DNA of 64,000 nt from Fibrobacteria bacterium. Its GTDB lineage: Bacteria > Fibrobacterota > Fibrobacteria > UBA11236. Below, one piece after another: positions 1 through 10,158 of the stretch. Numbering within the stretch: position 1 is the first letter of the stretch; every line of letters begins with the position of its first letter. The notes below the pieces were generated by a model. The model saw only the letters and a list, made by a program, of their open reading frames with translations, did no database searches and was not told the DNA's origin. The position numbers and the translations under genes are program-made. Location: assembly GCA_043732185.1 (NCBI GenBank), contig JAYTHY010000023.1, positions 1 to 64,000 of the forward strand. Reading direction: 5' to 3'.

Positions 1-97
1 GCTGCTGGAAATCATCGAGGAAATGACTACTATCAACATGGGGCTCTTGAAAAATGACGCCATTGGGTAACTGAGTGGGGGTTTCCGAAAGGCATTG
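1..97 (+). mobile_element. Probable right end of an insertion sequence (IS4-like terminus) interrupting the giant surface-protein gene
   Basis: A + strand frame ends at 70 (...LLEIIEEMTTINMGLLKNDAIG*). The segment ends GGCATTG at 91-97, resembling CAATG-type IS4-family termini. The minus-strand protein switches abruptly from a conserved-looking DDNGDGLI motif to a short nonsense tail at 97/98. Only 97 bp are visible. Confidence 0.5.
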
Positions 98-3000
98 CGA
101 TTAATCCATCACCATTGTCGTCATTCATATTTGCAACCATGGGTTTGACAAATACGGAACTATAAACCTCAGCTGTATCCCTCCAGCTCCACTTCAAGTG
201 TGGAGTGTAGTCCATAGTCAACGGCAGCTTCTTACATTTTGCCATGCTCTGGGTCACGTTGTTATCCTCGTGAATCTCCTGGATTCGATTGCCCCAATCC
301 AAAACAGCGCTGATTCGGTTTCCGTTGAAGTTTAATGCTCCTGAAACCGGAATCTCTATAAGAGTTGAGTCTTTTGGATTAATTGAAAGATGGTGCATGG
401 ACTGGCCAAGAATCAGATCCACATTTGGCGTATACTTCTGATCCAGGTTTCGATCTTCGAAAATTATAATATCAAATGAGTCATTCACAACTGCTCTACC
501 CCTATTGGCAGTAACAATTTTAACTGAACCTCTGACAGCCAAGGTAAGTGGATCAACAACCAGAGAATCTGCATTTAAAGTTTGGGGTACCAAATCCACA
601 CCGTTCAACCCATTCGAAATTTGATACTTAACTGGAAAACCTAAGCGTATTATTTCTCCTGCGGCTGGTTTTTGTTTGAATACTATCCCCGTTTGCAACG
701 AGTCGTTGTCAACCCAAGTACTATCGCCACCAAGTCGGAATATGGTAAGTAGTGATTCTGCTTGAGTATGGAACAGGCCCATCAAATTGGGCGCTTCAGT
801 TCCAGAATAAAGGAAGACCCGCAAACTATCTTTATTTCCTGCTGAATCCATAGCGCGGAGTGTAATCATGTTTGCTTCTGACGTGTCCATAGCATGCAGG
901 ATGGAAGCCTGTTCCACGCTATCCGCCATCCACCGGATTAACGCCATATTGCCCAAGATGGTCCCAGATTGAGCTGGCGAAATTAAGGTTATCTGTGGAG
1001 GTTTGGTGTCAAGAGTGACCCAGACTGTGTCTGCCCCCTCGGAACCCGTGGAATCCATAAATGATCGAATGATTCGATTGGGACCTTCGTAAAGGTTTTC
1101 AATGGCTCCCGTGGTTTGCAGGACGCCATCAACCGACCATGTCACCGTGGATTGGTACGTTGACGTATAGCTGTTGTTTAGGGGGGATATAATTTTTACC
1201 ACTGGAGGGCTGCGATCCAGGCGAACATTTACGGTATCACATTTAGTTAGTCCATTGTTTGCGGTAAAACAACGTGAAATACTATTCGCACCTTCATTCA
1301 AATATTCTAGGGTATCTATGTTCATACTACGGCCTTCTGCCTGCCATACAACTCTAATTGTATCCCTATAAACACTACTGCCGTTGATGGGCGATTCAAT
1401 TTTTACAATTGGTGGATCTATACAGCTGAGGTAAACGCTACCCGGTTCAAACCCCGTCACTTTTAGTGAATCCCTTAGCCCTTGATTTAAGTTGCAATTG
1501 TCCAATGCAATTCGACCTCCGCCTCCCGCAATACCCCCAAGGTCACCGATGGCAGAAACGCTTCCCGAGCCTACAATAATGGGTGACTTCAGCCAAACAC
1601 TTCCACCTGCACCGCTACCGTAATAACCTAGTTCGCCATCAGCTTTTATTTTTCCTTCCAAAGCAATTGTTTGCACCTCTATCTTTACAACTCCACCGCC
1701 AGCCCCTGCGTAAGGCGAGATACCAGTACTCATCCCGCCCCCACTTCCCGAACTTACAGGCTGGAGGTAGTTTCCATAAGTGCTAAAAGATGTGCCATAG
1801 CCCCTTCCAGCATGACTACCACCAACATTATAAGTCGAACTCATTTGGCCTCCCGGACCCGTCCCAGCAGGAAAACCTTTTCCAGAAACGTCAATTTTTG
1901 CGCCTGCTGCAATATGCAGGTATTCCCCGATTAGAAAAAATTTGTAAGTACTATCTATTTTGCTAGCTCGATGAGTTAAAGCAGCGGTCCCTTCTAAAAA
2001 TACCGAGTCAATTTGGCATGTATCGCGAACTTCAACCTGCCCTCCTGTTAGGTACAACTTCGAGAAATTTATTTTTCCTGGAAACCAAGCGTCCGTCACC
2101 GCTAAAGCCACAAACGATTTTGCACGCGTATCGGAAGTAAACTGCGTGCGCGATCCATTATTAAGATGAACTTCCAAATTTGGATCGTTTAAGGGTGAGA
2201 GAATCTTGGATATTCCACCCACTCCAGTATCGACCCACAAAGCGTGCACTCCAAGAGTGTCTTTGAAATACAACGTGCCACCGGCATATCCAGCTGCCTT
2301 GGAGTTTTCCATTATAAATGCTGGTATGCTATCTGCATAGGCAGCAATTCTTCCACCGCTGCCTCCGTACCCACTAGTATTTCCATTGGCGGAAAAATTT
2401 CCCGCACCTTGAAGATTCGATGCGCTCAACCATATGCTGCCACCGGCACCGCTGCCATAGTAAGCCGTTTCTCCATCCGCTCGGATTGCACCATCCAGAA
2501 TTACTGTATGCGCCTCGATTTTAACCAGTCCACCACCAGCTCCATAGTAGGGCGCACCTCCCCCAATTACTCCACCCCCACCCCCAGGCGTTTCCGGTTG
2601 CGAGTAGCTTCCATAAGGACTAAATGAACTGCCGTATCCAGCGCCCGAATGACTGCCGCCTACAAAATTCGTTGTGCTCTGTTGGCCGAATGACCCCGTT
2701 CCTACTGGAAAGCCCTTTCCAGAAGCGTCAATTTTGGCACCTGCTGCGATATGTAAATATTCGGAAATAAGTAGAACTTTTCGAATGCTATCCGCTTTAC
2801 TAGCAGCGTGAGTTAAAGTAGCGGTCCCTTCCAACAATACCGAATCAATTTGACATGTATCCCGAACTTCTAATTGTCCACCGGTTTGATTCAAAGTGGC
2901 GGTCTGAATTTTTCCAGGAAACCAAGCATCCGTTATACCCAACGCTTGAACCTGTTTCACATGCGTATCGCCGGTAAACTGAGTACGGGACCCTTTTTTG

Positions 3001-6000
3001 AGCCATAGATTCAAAGTGTGATCCAGTAGAGGCGTAACAACTTTTGATATGCCACCCACTCCAGTATCGACCCACAAAGCGTGCACTCCAAGAGTATCTT
3101 TGAAATACAACGTGCCACCGGAATATCCAGCCGCCTTGGAATTTTCCATTATAAATGCTGGTATGCTATCTGCATAGGCAGCAATTCTTCCACCGCTGCC
3201 TCCGTACCCACTAGTATTTCCGTTGGCGGATAAATTTCCACCACCTTTGAGATTCGATGCACTCAACCATATGCTTCCACCTGCACCGCTGCCATAGTAA
3301 GCCGTTTCTCCATCCGCTCGGATTGCACCATCCAGAATTACTGTTTGCGCCTGGATTTTAATCACACCTCCGCCTGCTCCCACGTACGGTGCACTTCCTC
3401 CAATCAGTCCACCCCCACTACCAGGTGTTTCCGGCTGTAAGTAACTTCCATAAGGGATAAATGAACTGCCATATCCAGCACCCGAATGACTTCCACCTAC
3501 AAAATACGTCGAGCTCTGTTGGCCATCCGGTCCAAATCCTGCTGGAAAGCCCTTAGCAGAAACGTCTACTAATGCGCCCGTCTCAATGTTCACCTTTGAC
3601 GCGATTACATTTAGATGCTTACTCCCTTCACCCTCACTCAGTGCTGTGTGCGATAGTATTCCACCGCCCTGAATAAGCACTGTATCCGCCCGTAAAGTAT
3701 CATCTGAATACATTCGCCCACCGGATTCAACAGTCAACGTGTGCGTTGATAAATTTCGATGCGCATAGAGGCTGCCCCCCGCTTGCACATCAATACAGTT
3801 GTAACTGCGCGTTTCATGAAAATGCACGGAATCACCGGAAACGATGAAACACCTGGCATGGGTAACATGCACAGTATCGCTTCCCACGTTACCGGCCGCA
3901 TCCGTGGCCGACCGTACAATCAGGTTGTCACCTTCCACCAGATTAGCCGTGGTGTCCATAACTTGAAGTGTGCCATCCACAGTCCATGTGACTTTGACCA
4001 CGGAATTTTCAACCGAAGAACCTCCTATCGGCGCAAGAATTTTAACCAAAGGGGCTATCGTGTCCAGGGTAATCTGGATGGATGCCTGCCCTTGATTTCC
4101 GGCCGAGTCTACCGCAACTCTAGTGATGGTATTGAGACCTTGAACCAGTACTTCCGTTCTTCCCGTCGTTTGCGCTGCACCATCTGCAGTCCAATCGACC
4201 GGAATAGGATTCAAATTTGTCGTAAATCCATCAAGTGGTGACTGAAACTGAACCAAGGGAGGAATGCCGTCTTTGCGACCCAAAACTGTATCCGCTACCA
4301 CTTGCCCAATATCATCCAAGGTATCGATAACCAGCGCATTTGCACCTTCAACCAAACTAGCGCTACGCGAATGAACCATACCATTAACGGTATAGAGAAC
4401 AACCACCGAGGTGCTATTGGTTAGGAAGCCATCCACTGGTGAAGTAATGATCAATGTAAGCGGGACATGGAGCACGTTGAATACAACCCAGGCAGCGGCC
4501 GAGGTGTCTTTGCCATCCGTTATCCTATAAGCGAGAGAATCCAAACCCACAAACCCGGCGCTAGGAACATAGGTTAACGATCCATTGGCATTTAAAGTGG
4601 AGATTCCGTGACTTGACGTCCTTGATAACAGGGCTCGGAGCGTATCAACCTCTGTGTCGCTGTCATTAAGTAGCAGGCCCGGCGCCGACACTGTGAGGGA
4701 TACCCCCGCGTTAACGGAATATGCATCCTGCCTCGCCACTGGAATTTGATTCGGAACAACTTCGATTTGAAAATTACGGACTTGGACGTTTCCCGCGCTG
4801 TCAGTAGCGGAACAAGCGAAAGTTTGTGAGCCCGAGGGCATAACTTGCTGGTACGTACGCGGAATGGCATTCAGCGGGACGGCACTTCCGTTACATATAA
4901 GGGACTGCAGGCCCGATAATGAATCAGAGGCATTCAGCGTCAAAGTAACTCGGGCGCTACCTTTTAACGGCACTTGCGCCGAAGAGGCGAGCGATAGACT
5001 TGGAAGCATCGCATCCCGGTTGATACTCACCAAAGACGAAGCTGTATTACCCGCGCTATCTCTAGCTAAACCGGTAACTGGTATATTCCGTCCATTAGAA
5101 GTTACAGAACCGGGGCTTGAACAAAATACCAGGCGAGTTTCATCCGTGCATGCAAAACTAACGGTGGCAAAACCCCGGTACCAGCCATTATTACCGTCCA
5201 CGGCGCTGGGAATTCCAATGATATGCGGAGCAATGGAATCCAGGGAAACATTTACAGTGTCGCCACTGGTGCCGGTTTCATCGGTGTAGGAACGGACAAC
5301 TCGATTAGAACCTTGCACCAAACTCGCGCTCAATTGGGTGGTCTGAGCCAGTCCGTTTACATTCCAAACTACGGGAACTGGGCTGTGATTGAATAATTGG
5401 TTCTCCAACGGGGTAGTAATCGCCACCACATTTTGAGGACCGTAGGTGCTTGTATAGGAAGTGGTGTCCCCATAATCCGGATCGATATAGCGGGCGGAAA
5501 TCGTACCCGGTGCCGTGACCTGGAGGATGGTGTCATTCAATTGCACGGGTGCGTTGCTGATGGTGAAATTGCGAGTGAATTTTCCAGGAAAGGTTGCAGA
5601 TTCGGTTGCCACGGGACGCAAGGTATCGCCATTGGAACTGGCAATCTCAAGGATACGTGTTTCGATTTGCGGGCCATTGCTCTGATCCACCAGGGTGACC
5701 TGGGCACCGGTGGTACCGGCTGGATAGTTCTTCTTATCAAGTGTGATTTGGCTCTGGGCATTGCTAAGACCTAAAGATGTGGTAATCAGGATATTGCTCT
5801 GCGAGGTATGCCGTTCGGCGGAAAAGAAATCCAACGGGTATTGCTGGCCATCTACCAGAAAGTTTGCAGGCAGGTTATCGAGTTTGATGGAATCGGTCAT
5901 GGCAGGATGGATACCGCCTAAATCGAGAAGAAGGGAATCGTTAATGAACACCCAAACATCATCGTCTCCAGTAAATTTGAACACCTGATTGGTGCCACGC

Positions 6001-7607
6001 TTATATTGGAATTGGGCATGGAACTCCATCGTGAATCCAAAATTATGCTGGGGAATTGAGGATTGCAGATGTCCAAAAGTATTGGGAGACTTGCCTACTG
6101 GAACAAAAACGGAATCCTTATCGATGGGAAAGAAATTTGTATTGGTGTATTTAACCGTTCCGTTGCCGCCATCGACAAATGTCAAGTTGATCTGGAAAGG
6201 GCGATTGATAAGCGTGTCTTGGCTGGTTGTATACCATTCCGAAAAACGCGTGCGAAAACAATTAGTATTCCCCGGCAATTGAACCGGATTTCGATCGTCC
6301 GGATCCGCACCCGATATTTTAATATGCGTTTGTAAATCACCAATGCCGCTACACGTCCCATTGGGCTGAAAATCCGGATGGTTGTTGGTGGGATCAATGG
6401 TGTTGATTTCCTTGAAGTCGCGCACCAAGGCGTTAACGGTCAACGTATTCTTGCGCTGCAAAGCAATAATAGCTGTATCGCGCAGACCATCCGGATCCTG
6501 GACGATAAGCCGCACAGAATCCAATCCATACCAACCGGCATTACCCAGAGTGAAATTCATTTTAGTTCCAACCATTGCGGCGGATACGTTACTTCCATTG
6601 GACAGCAGGAATTGCATTTGGTCCAACGGATAGGCACAATGGGTTACATACCCCATTAAATCCAATGGTCGAAATTGCTGACCCAGTTGTGCGACTTGAG
6701 TGGGTATGACAAGGATATCTGGTCGGCAGCCTGGAATATACCGAACCAGAACAGTATCCCTGCCGACATTTCCAGCGCTGTCCGTAGACTGGGCAACAAC
6801 CTTATTGCTGCCAGAAACCAATTTTACCCAGCGCGATTGAACCTGTCCGTCCACGGTATAGCGCAGCAGCACTGAGTCAATGCGCACTGAAGTGTCCTGA
6901 GCCGGATTCATAATTACCACAGTTGGAGCCTGCGTATCCAAACGGTAGGTCACCGTATCATGGTCCATATTGCCGACGGAATCGGCCGCGTCCAGGACCA
7001 CGGTGTTCAAGCCTTCCGCAAGAATGAAATCCCGGTTATAAGTAACCGCATCTGCCGTATAGGTTACATGCAGAAAGGAATTTGTGACCCAAGACCCGGG
7101 AATCGGGCTGATGTTGCTGATGACGGGAGGAACGTCGTCAAGAAAAACGTGAACGGTATCCCGGGCAGAATTGCCACATTCATTGCTGGCCTGCAAGATA
7201 ACGGTGTTCAAACCGCTTTTCAACGTTTCATAATGGGTGCGAATGTCTCCATCTATATCCACAACCATCGGCAAGGGATTCACGCCTACGGTGGAATCCA
7301 ACAAGGGTGAGAGAATGCGAAGTGTGGGAGTGGCAGTATCCGCATCTGAGGGTCGGCGCGTGGGTGACCATTTGAGTCGATAATTTTTGCTCACGGTCTG
7401 ACCGTGCAAGGGTGCACCCGTTTTAATGCTGCGCAAGGTATAATGGGCCGAAATTCCGGCATCCTGACGTAGCGGGGCTACATCCTGCTTCTCCCATTGG
7501 GTTGCAAGAGCCAGGAGAGGCAACAGCAACATCACTATCGCTGTCACATACTGCCTGGCAACGCCCAGTTTAAACATCGGATTAAAACGATTCATTCTGT
7601 GTGCCAC
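33..7607 (-). CDS. Giant secreted multidomain surface protein (Ig-like repeats, fibro-slime domain, cadherin-like domain, 3 Gly-rich repeats, PASTA, CARDB, start of an FG-GAP-like propeller); probably C-terminally truncated
   Basis: 2524 aa ORF. Signal peptide (VTAIVMLLLPLLALA). Fibro-slime motifs RDF...HPDFQ, HNFGFTME, FTGDDDVWVFIN, DLGGIH, ERHT (about 6430-5775). Many 'xISP...VDG...LxEGxN...DxAGNxGxDTV' Ig units. Cadherin-like PVARQDAY...LLNDSD. PASTA-like APNLMGL...QKPAAGE. CARDB-like DLVP...DWGNRIQEIHEDNN. Exact start uncertain. Confidence 0.9.
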   Translation of the reverse strand: MAHRMNRFNPMFKLGVARQYVTAIVMLLLPLLALATQWEKQDVAPLRQDAGISAHYTLRSIKTGAPLHGQTVSKNYRLKWSPTRRPSDADTATPTLRILSPLLDSTVGVNPLPMVVDIDGDIRTHYETLKSGLNTVILQASNECGNSARDTVHVFLDDVPPVISNISPIPGSWVTNSFLHVTYTADAVTYNRDFILAEGLNTVVLDAADSVGNMDHDTVTYRLDTQAPTVVIMNPAQDTSVRIDSVLLRYTVDGQVQSRWVKLVSGSNKVVAQSTDSAGNVGRDTVLVRYIPGCRPDILVIPTQVAQLGQQFRPLDLMGYVTHCAYPLDQMQFLLSNGSNVSAAMVGTKMNFTLGNAGWYGLDSVRLIVQDPDGLRDTAIIALQRKNTLTVNALVRDFKEINTIDPTNNHPDFQPNGTCSGIGDLQTHIKISGADPDDRNPVQLPGNTNCFRTRFSEWYTTSQDTLINRPFQINLTFVDGGNGTVKYTNTNFFPIDKDSVFVPVGKSPNTFGHLQSSIPQHNFGFTMEFHAQFQYKRGTNQVFKFTGDDDVWVFINDSLLLDLGGIHPAMTDSIKLDNLPANFLVDGQQYPLDFFSAERHTSQSNILITTSLGLSNAQSQITLDKKNYPAGTTGAQVTLVDQSNGPQIETRILEIASSNGDTLRPVATESATFPGKFTRNFTISNAPVQLNDTILQVTAPGTISARYIDPDYGDTTSYTSTYGPQNVVAITTPLENQLFNHSPVPVVWNVNGLAQTTQLSASLVQGSNRVVRSYTDETGTSGDTVNVSLDSIAPHIIGIPSAVDGNNGWYRGFATVSFACTDETRLVFCSSPGSVTSNGRNIPVTGLARDSAGNTASSLVSINRDAMLPSLSLASSAQVPLKGSARVTLTLNASDSLSGLQSLICNGSAVPLNAIPRTYQQVMPSGSQTFACSATDSAGNVQVRNFQIEVVPNQIPVARQDAYSVNAGVSLTVSAPGLLLNDSDTEVDTLRALLSRTSSHGISTLNANGSLTYVPSAGFVGLDSLAYRITDGKDTSAAAWVVFNVLHVPLTLIITSPVDGFLTNSTSVVVLYTVNGMVHSRSASLVEGANALVIDTLDDIGQVVADTVLGRKDGIPPLVQFQSPLDGFTTNLNPIPVDWTADGAAQTTGRTEVLVQGLNTITRVAVDSAGNQGQASIQITLDTIAPLVKILAPIGGSSVENSVVKVTWTVDGTLQVMDTTANLVEGDNLIVRSATDAAGNVGSDTVHVTHARCFIVSGDSVHFHETRSYNCIDVQAGGSLYAHRNLSTHTLTVESGGRMYSDDTLRADTVLIQGGGILSHTALSEGEGSKHLNVIASKVNIETGALVDVSAKGFPAGFGPDGQQSSTYFVGGSHSGAGYGSSFIPYGSYLQPETPGSGGGLIGGSAPYVGAGGGVIKIQAQTVILDGAIRADGETAYYGSGAGGSIWLSASNLKGGGNLSANGNTSGYGGSGGRIAAYADSIPAFIMENSKAAGYSGGTLYFKDTLGVHALWVDTGVGGISKVVTPLLDHTLNLWLKKGSRTQFTGDTHVKQVQALGITDAWFPGKIQTATLNQTGGQLEVRDTCQIDSVLLEGTATLTHAASKADSIRKVLLISEYLHIAAGAKIDASGKGFPVGTGSFGQQSTTNFVGGSHSGAGYGSSFSPYGSYSQPETPGGGGGVIGGGAPYYGAGGGLVKIEAHTVILDGAIRADGETAYYGSGAGGSIWLSASNLQGAGNFSANGNTSGYGGSGGRIAAYADSIPAFIMENSKAAGYAGGTLYFKDTLGVHALWVDTGVGGISKILSPLNDPNLEVHLNNGSRTQFTSDTRAKSFVALAVTDAWFPGKINFSKLYLTGGQVEVRDTCQIDSVFLEGTAALTHRASKIDSTYKFFLIGEYLHIAAGAKIDVSGKGFPAGTGPGGQMSSTYNVGGSHAGRGYGTSFSTYGNYLQPVSSGSGGGMSTGISPYAGAGGGVVKIEVQTIALEGKIKADGELGYYGSGAGGSVWLKSPIIVGSGSVSAIGDLGGIAGGGGRIALDNCNLNQGLRDSLKVTGFEPGSVYLSCIDPPIVKIESPINGSSVYRDTIRVVWQAEGRSMNIDTLEYLNEGANSISRCFTANNGLTKCDTVNVRLDRSPPVVKIISPLNNSYTSTYQSTVTWSVDGVLQTTGAIENLYEGPNRIIRSFMDSTGSEGADTVWVTLDTKPPQITLISPAQSGTILGNMALIRWMADSVEQASILHAMDTSEANMITLRAMDSAGNKDSLRVFLYSGTEAPNLMGLFHTQAESLLTIFRLGGDSTWVDNDSLQTGIVFKQKPAAGEIIRLGFPVKYQISNGLNGVDLVPQTLNADSLVVDPLTLAVRGSVKIVTANRGRAVVNDSFDIIIFEDRNLDQKYTPNVDLILGQSMHHLSINPKDSTLIEIPVSGALNFNGNRISAVLDWGNRIQEIHEDNNVTQSMAKCKKLPLTMDYTPHLKWSWRDTAEVYSSVFVKPMVANMNDDNGDGLIAMPFGNPHSVTQWRHFSRAPC
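1500..3700 (-). repeat. Three intragenic tandem Gly-rich units with an 837 bp (279 aa) period
   Basis: CCAGTATCGACCCACAAAGCGTGCACTCCAAGAG occurs at 2224 and 3061. GCGGTCCCTT occurs at 1984 and 2821. Protein repeats GGSHSGAGYG...GAGGGVIKI...DGAIRADGE...GSGAGGSIWL. Boundaries are approximate. Confidence 0.9.
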
Positions 7608-9866
7608 TCAGTTCGAAACCTGAGTCCAGCGCACTGGTAACCGCAACCAGACACTGCCATTATCTGTATTCTCGTAGTAGGTGCCAGCCGAGGCCTGCTG
7701 ACTGGGGTTGCCGCTGCCCCGCAGGATTTGCGGCGCTCCTTGATAGGCCGGTGCCGTTACCGGCGTTCGAGGCGACAAGGTCTCTTGGCTGGCACCCTGA
7801 CCGATTAAAACTTCAGCGAAGAGACTGGGATTGGCTGTCAGGATTTGGTTTAAATTGCCGTTCGCAACGCCACTGCCAAGGTACAAGGTGAAAAAGCCAT
7901 CCTTTACCTTGATAGGTTGACCATTTGCCGAGGTAAAATCTTCTTGATAAACGGATGCACCACCAGTTAAGTTGGTGAATAGTTTAACCACCATGTCCTT
8001 TTCGACCGGAGTCCCTTTGCCCAAAAGGTTGCCGAGATCATCGCGCAACTCCGCAGATACTCCAATCCATTGACTGACCGGGAACTGAGAATAAGGACGC
8101 ACGGAAACTTTCGCGGTTTGAGAGGGATTGCTTCCGGCCGGGTTAGTGACGATGCAGCCATAAGCGGCGCCAGAATCCGCCGACACGAGAATGGGCGTGG
8201 TATAAGTTGAGTCGGTAGCACCCGGAATATTGACTGCATTGCGTTGCCATTGAAAGGAAAAGGGTAGGCTACCGGTTACCGAAACAGTGAAGGTGGCTTT
8301 CTGACCTTCATAAACCGTTCGTGCTTGTGGCTGTTTTAAAATGACAAGGGAATTTGGATTAACAGCCAGAACGGTTGTATTCGAAGTGACCGCACCACCC
8401 CTTCCGGTTACGATGCAGCGAAAGCCCACACCATTGTCGCTCAGCCGCACGGGCGCGAATTGATAGGCTGCGGAGGTCGCTCCAGAGATGTTGACGGTGT
8501 TGCGCTGCCACTGATAGGTAAAGGGAGGCGTACCGGTGTGCGTGATGGAAAATTTTGCCGAGTCCCCATCATTTAACGGACTATTGCTTGTCACGGGATT
8601 GAGAACCGGTGCCAACGGTTTCACCGTTAATATGGCCACGTTGCTGGTTGGCGCTCCGCCGGCATTGGTAACGGTGCAGGAAAATTGGGAATTACTGTCC
8701 GCCATGGTAGTGGCTGGAGTGGTATAGCCGATAAGCGTGGCTCCAGGAATGGCGACGCCGCCTTTTTTCCATTGATAGGCAAAGGGTGAAGTGCCACTGA
8801 CGGTTATTGAAAAAGAGGCTGTCTGATTCTCGTTGACGGTAACAGCAACTGGCTGCAAGGTGAAAACGGGCGGACGCGCATTTACCGTCAACGAAGCATT
8901 GTTCGATGTCGCCGTTCCCACGGCATTGGTAACCACAACCGAATAATTCGCCGCATTATCGGCCATGGTGGTGGCTGGAGATGTGTAAGACGCCGATGTC
9001 GCACCGGGTATAGAGGTACCGTCCTTACGCCATTGATAGGTAAGTGGGGTTGCGCCTAAGGCGCTTGTGGTAAAAGTAGCCGGAGATGCCTCCGACACTG
9101 TCTGCGCAGTGGGCTGAAGCGTAAAATAGGGTGCGGATCCTGTGATGGCCCAATTTACGGCGGCACGAAAAAGGTTCTTACCATTGGCATTCCATTTTAC
9201 GGCAGCGTCGCCATCGAGAAAGAATCCAACTCTTCGGCCTCTAGCGTTTTGACCCACCATGGTTGCGCCAACTTCGTATCCGAAAATAACCACCTTATTG
9301 CTGTCCGAAAGAGTTGCGGAATTTATTTGAGCAATGCGGAAGGCCGTAATCGCAGGCTTACCCCACAAAACGGTATCTGTTGCCGTCAACACGGTGGGAG
9401 CTCCCGTGAGACCGGCAGCCATGGCATGGGTTGGCAGCATTATTTTAATCGCGGTTTGAGTGAGGGTAGATCCAAAATCGGTTCCCGAAACCGTACCAGT
9501 CATCTTCATGGTTGGATACAGGCCGTTTTCCCAAGTAACCACCGGAGTGGCGACATTCAGAAATTTTGTACCAACGTCTGCAGGGACAATGGTGGAGGAA
9601 ATGACGATCAGGGCCTTGCCCGCTGTATCCGCAGCAACCGAAGCGAGACCGGTCTTAACCGTAACGACATGGCCCATGTTTTTCAAAGTATCCTGAACGG
9701 CTTTGTCACCCGTACTCAAGGTGGCATTGCCTACTAAGAGGAGAACATTGGCCGCATGAGTTTCCGTCCAGCTAACCACACACAAAATCAAGACTGGCAA
9801 CCATGCCTTGAAGTTCAAATTAAAGTGATTCCACGAAAAAGTGGACCATCCCATTGTTTTATTCAT
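7608..9866 (-). CDS. Secreted protein: N-terminal alpha/beta (GATase/ThuA-like) domain, four Ig-like domains, C-terminal fibre-protein-type domain
   Basis: ATG at 9866 preceded by GGGAG. Signal peptide ends THA|A. Four 'QP...V..G..ATF.V...G..P..YQW.RN...I.GAT...Y' units. C-terminal 'ELRDDLG...KLF...GGASVYQE...VKDGFFTLYLG...ETLSPRTPVTAPAY'. Its stop abuts the GTG of the giant gene. Confidence 0.85.
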   Translation of the reverse strand: MNKTMGWSTFSWNHFNLNFKAWLPVLILCVVSWTETHAANVLLLVGNATLSTGDKAVQDTLKNMGHVVTVKTGLASVAADTAGKALIVISSTIVPADVGTKFLNVATPVVTWENGLYPTMKMTGTVSGTDFGSTLTQTAIKIMLPTHAMAAGLTGAPTVLTATDTVLWGKPAITAFRIAQINSATLSDSNKVVIFGYEVGATMVGQNARGRRVGFFLDGDAAVKWNANGKNLFRAAVNWAITGSAPYFTLQPTAQTVSEASPATFTTSALGATPLTYQWRKDGTSIPGATSASYTSPATTMADNAANYSVVVTNAVGTATSNNASLTVNARPPVFTLQPVAVTVNENQTASFSITVSGTSPFAYQWKKGGVAIPGATLIGYTTPATTMADSNSQFSCTVTNAGGAPTSNVAILTVKPLAPVLNPVTSNSPLNDGDSAKFSITHTGTPPFTYQWQRNTVNISGATSAAYQFAPVRLSDNGVGFRCIVTGRGGAVTSNTTVLAVNPNSLVILKQPQARTVYEGQKATFTVSVTGSLPFSFQWQRNAVNIPGATDSTYTTPILVSADSGAAYGCIVTNPAGSNPSQTAKVSVRPYSQFPVSQWIGVSAELRDDLGNLLGKGTPVEKDMVVKLFTNLTGGASVYQEDFTSANGQPIKVKDGFFTLYLGSGVANGNLNQILTANPSLFAEVLIGQGASQETLSPRTPVTAPAYQGAPQILRGSGNPSQQASAGTYYENTDNGSVWLRLPVRWTQVSN

Positions 9867-10158
9867 ACCAAACTCCCGGAGCAATCGATCAAAAATTTAT
9901 GCATTCAAAATTGAGGCAAACAAGTAAGTTAAATCACAATAAAATATCAGTCAAACCGTCCCTATAGACGTTTTGTCAAGAGAAAATGTTCCATCACTTT
10001 TTAAAACTCTATGAAACCTGCCAAAATAGGCGCATTCACAGATTGGGGAATCGCAAGCAAACGACTGGAAAGAATTCCGACAGCGTCCAAAGGTGCCGGA
10101 TGTAACATTCGAACGAACTTTTATCTCGCGAAGGGACTGCTAGCCCCCGAAGAAGCTA

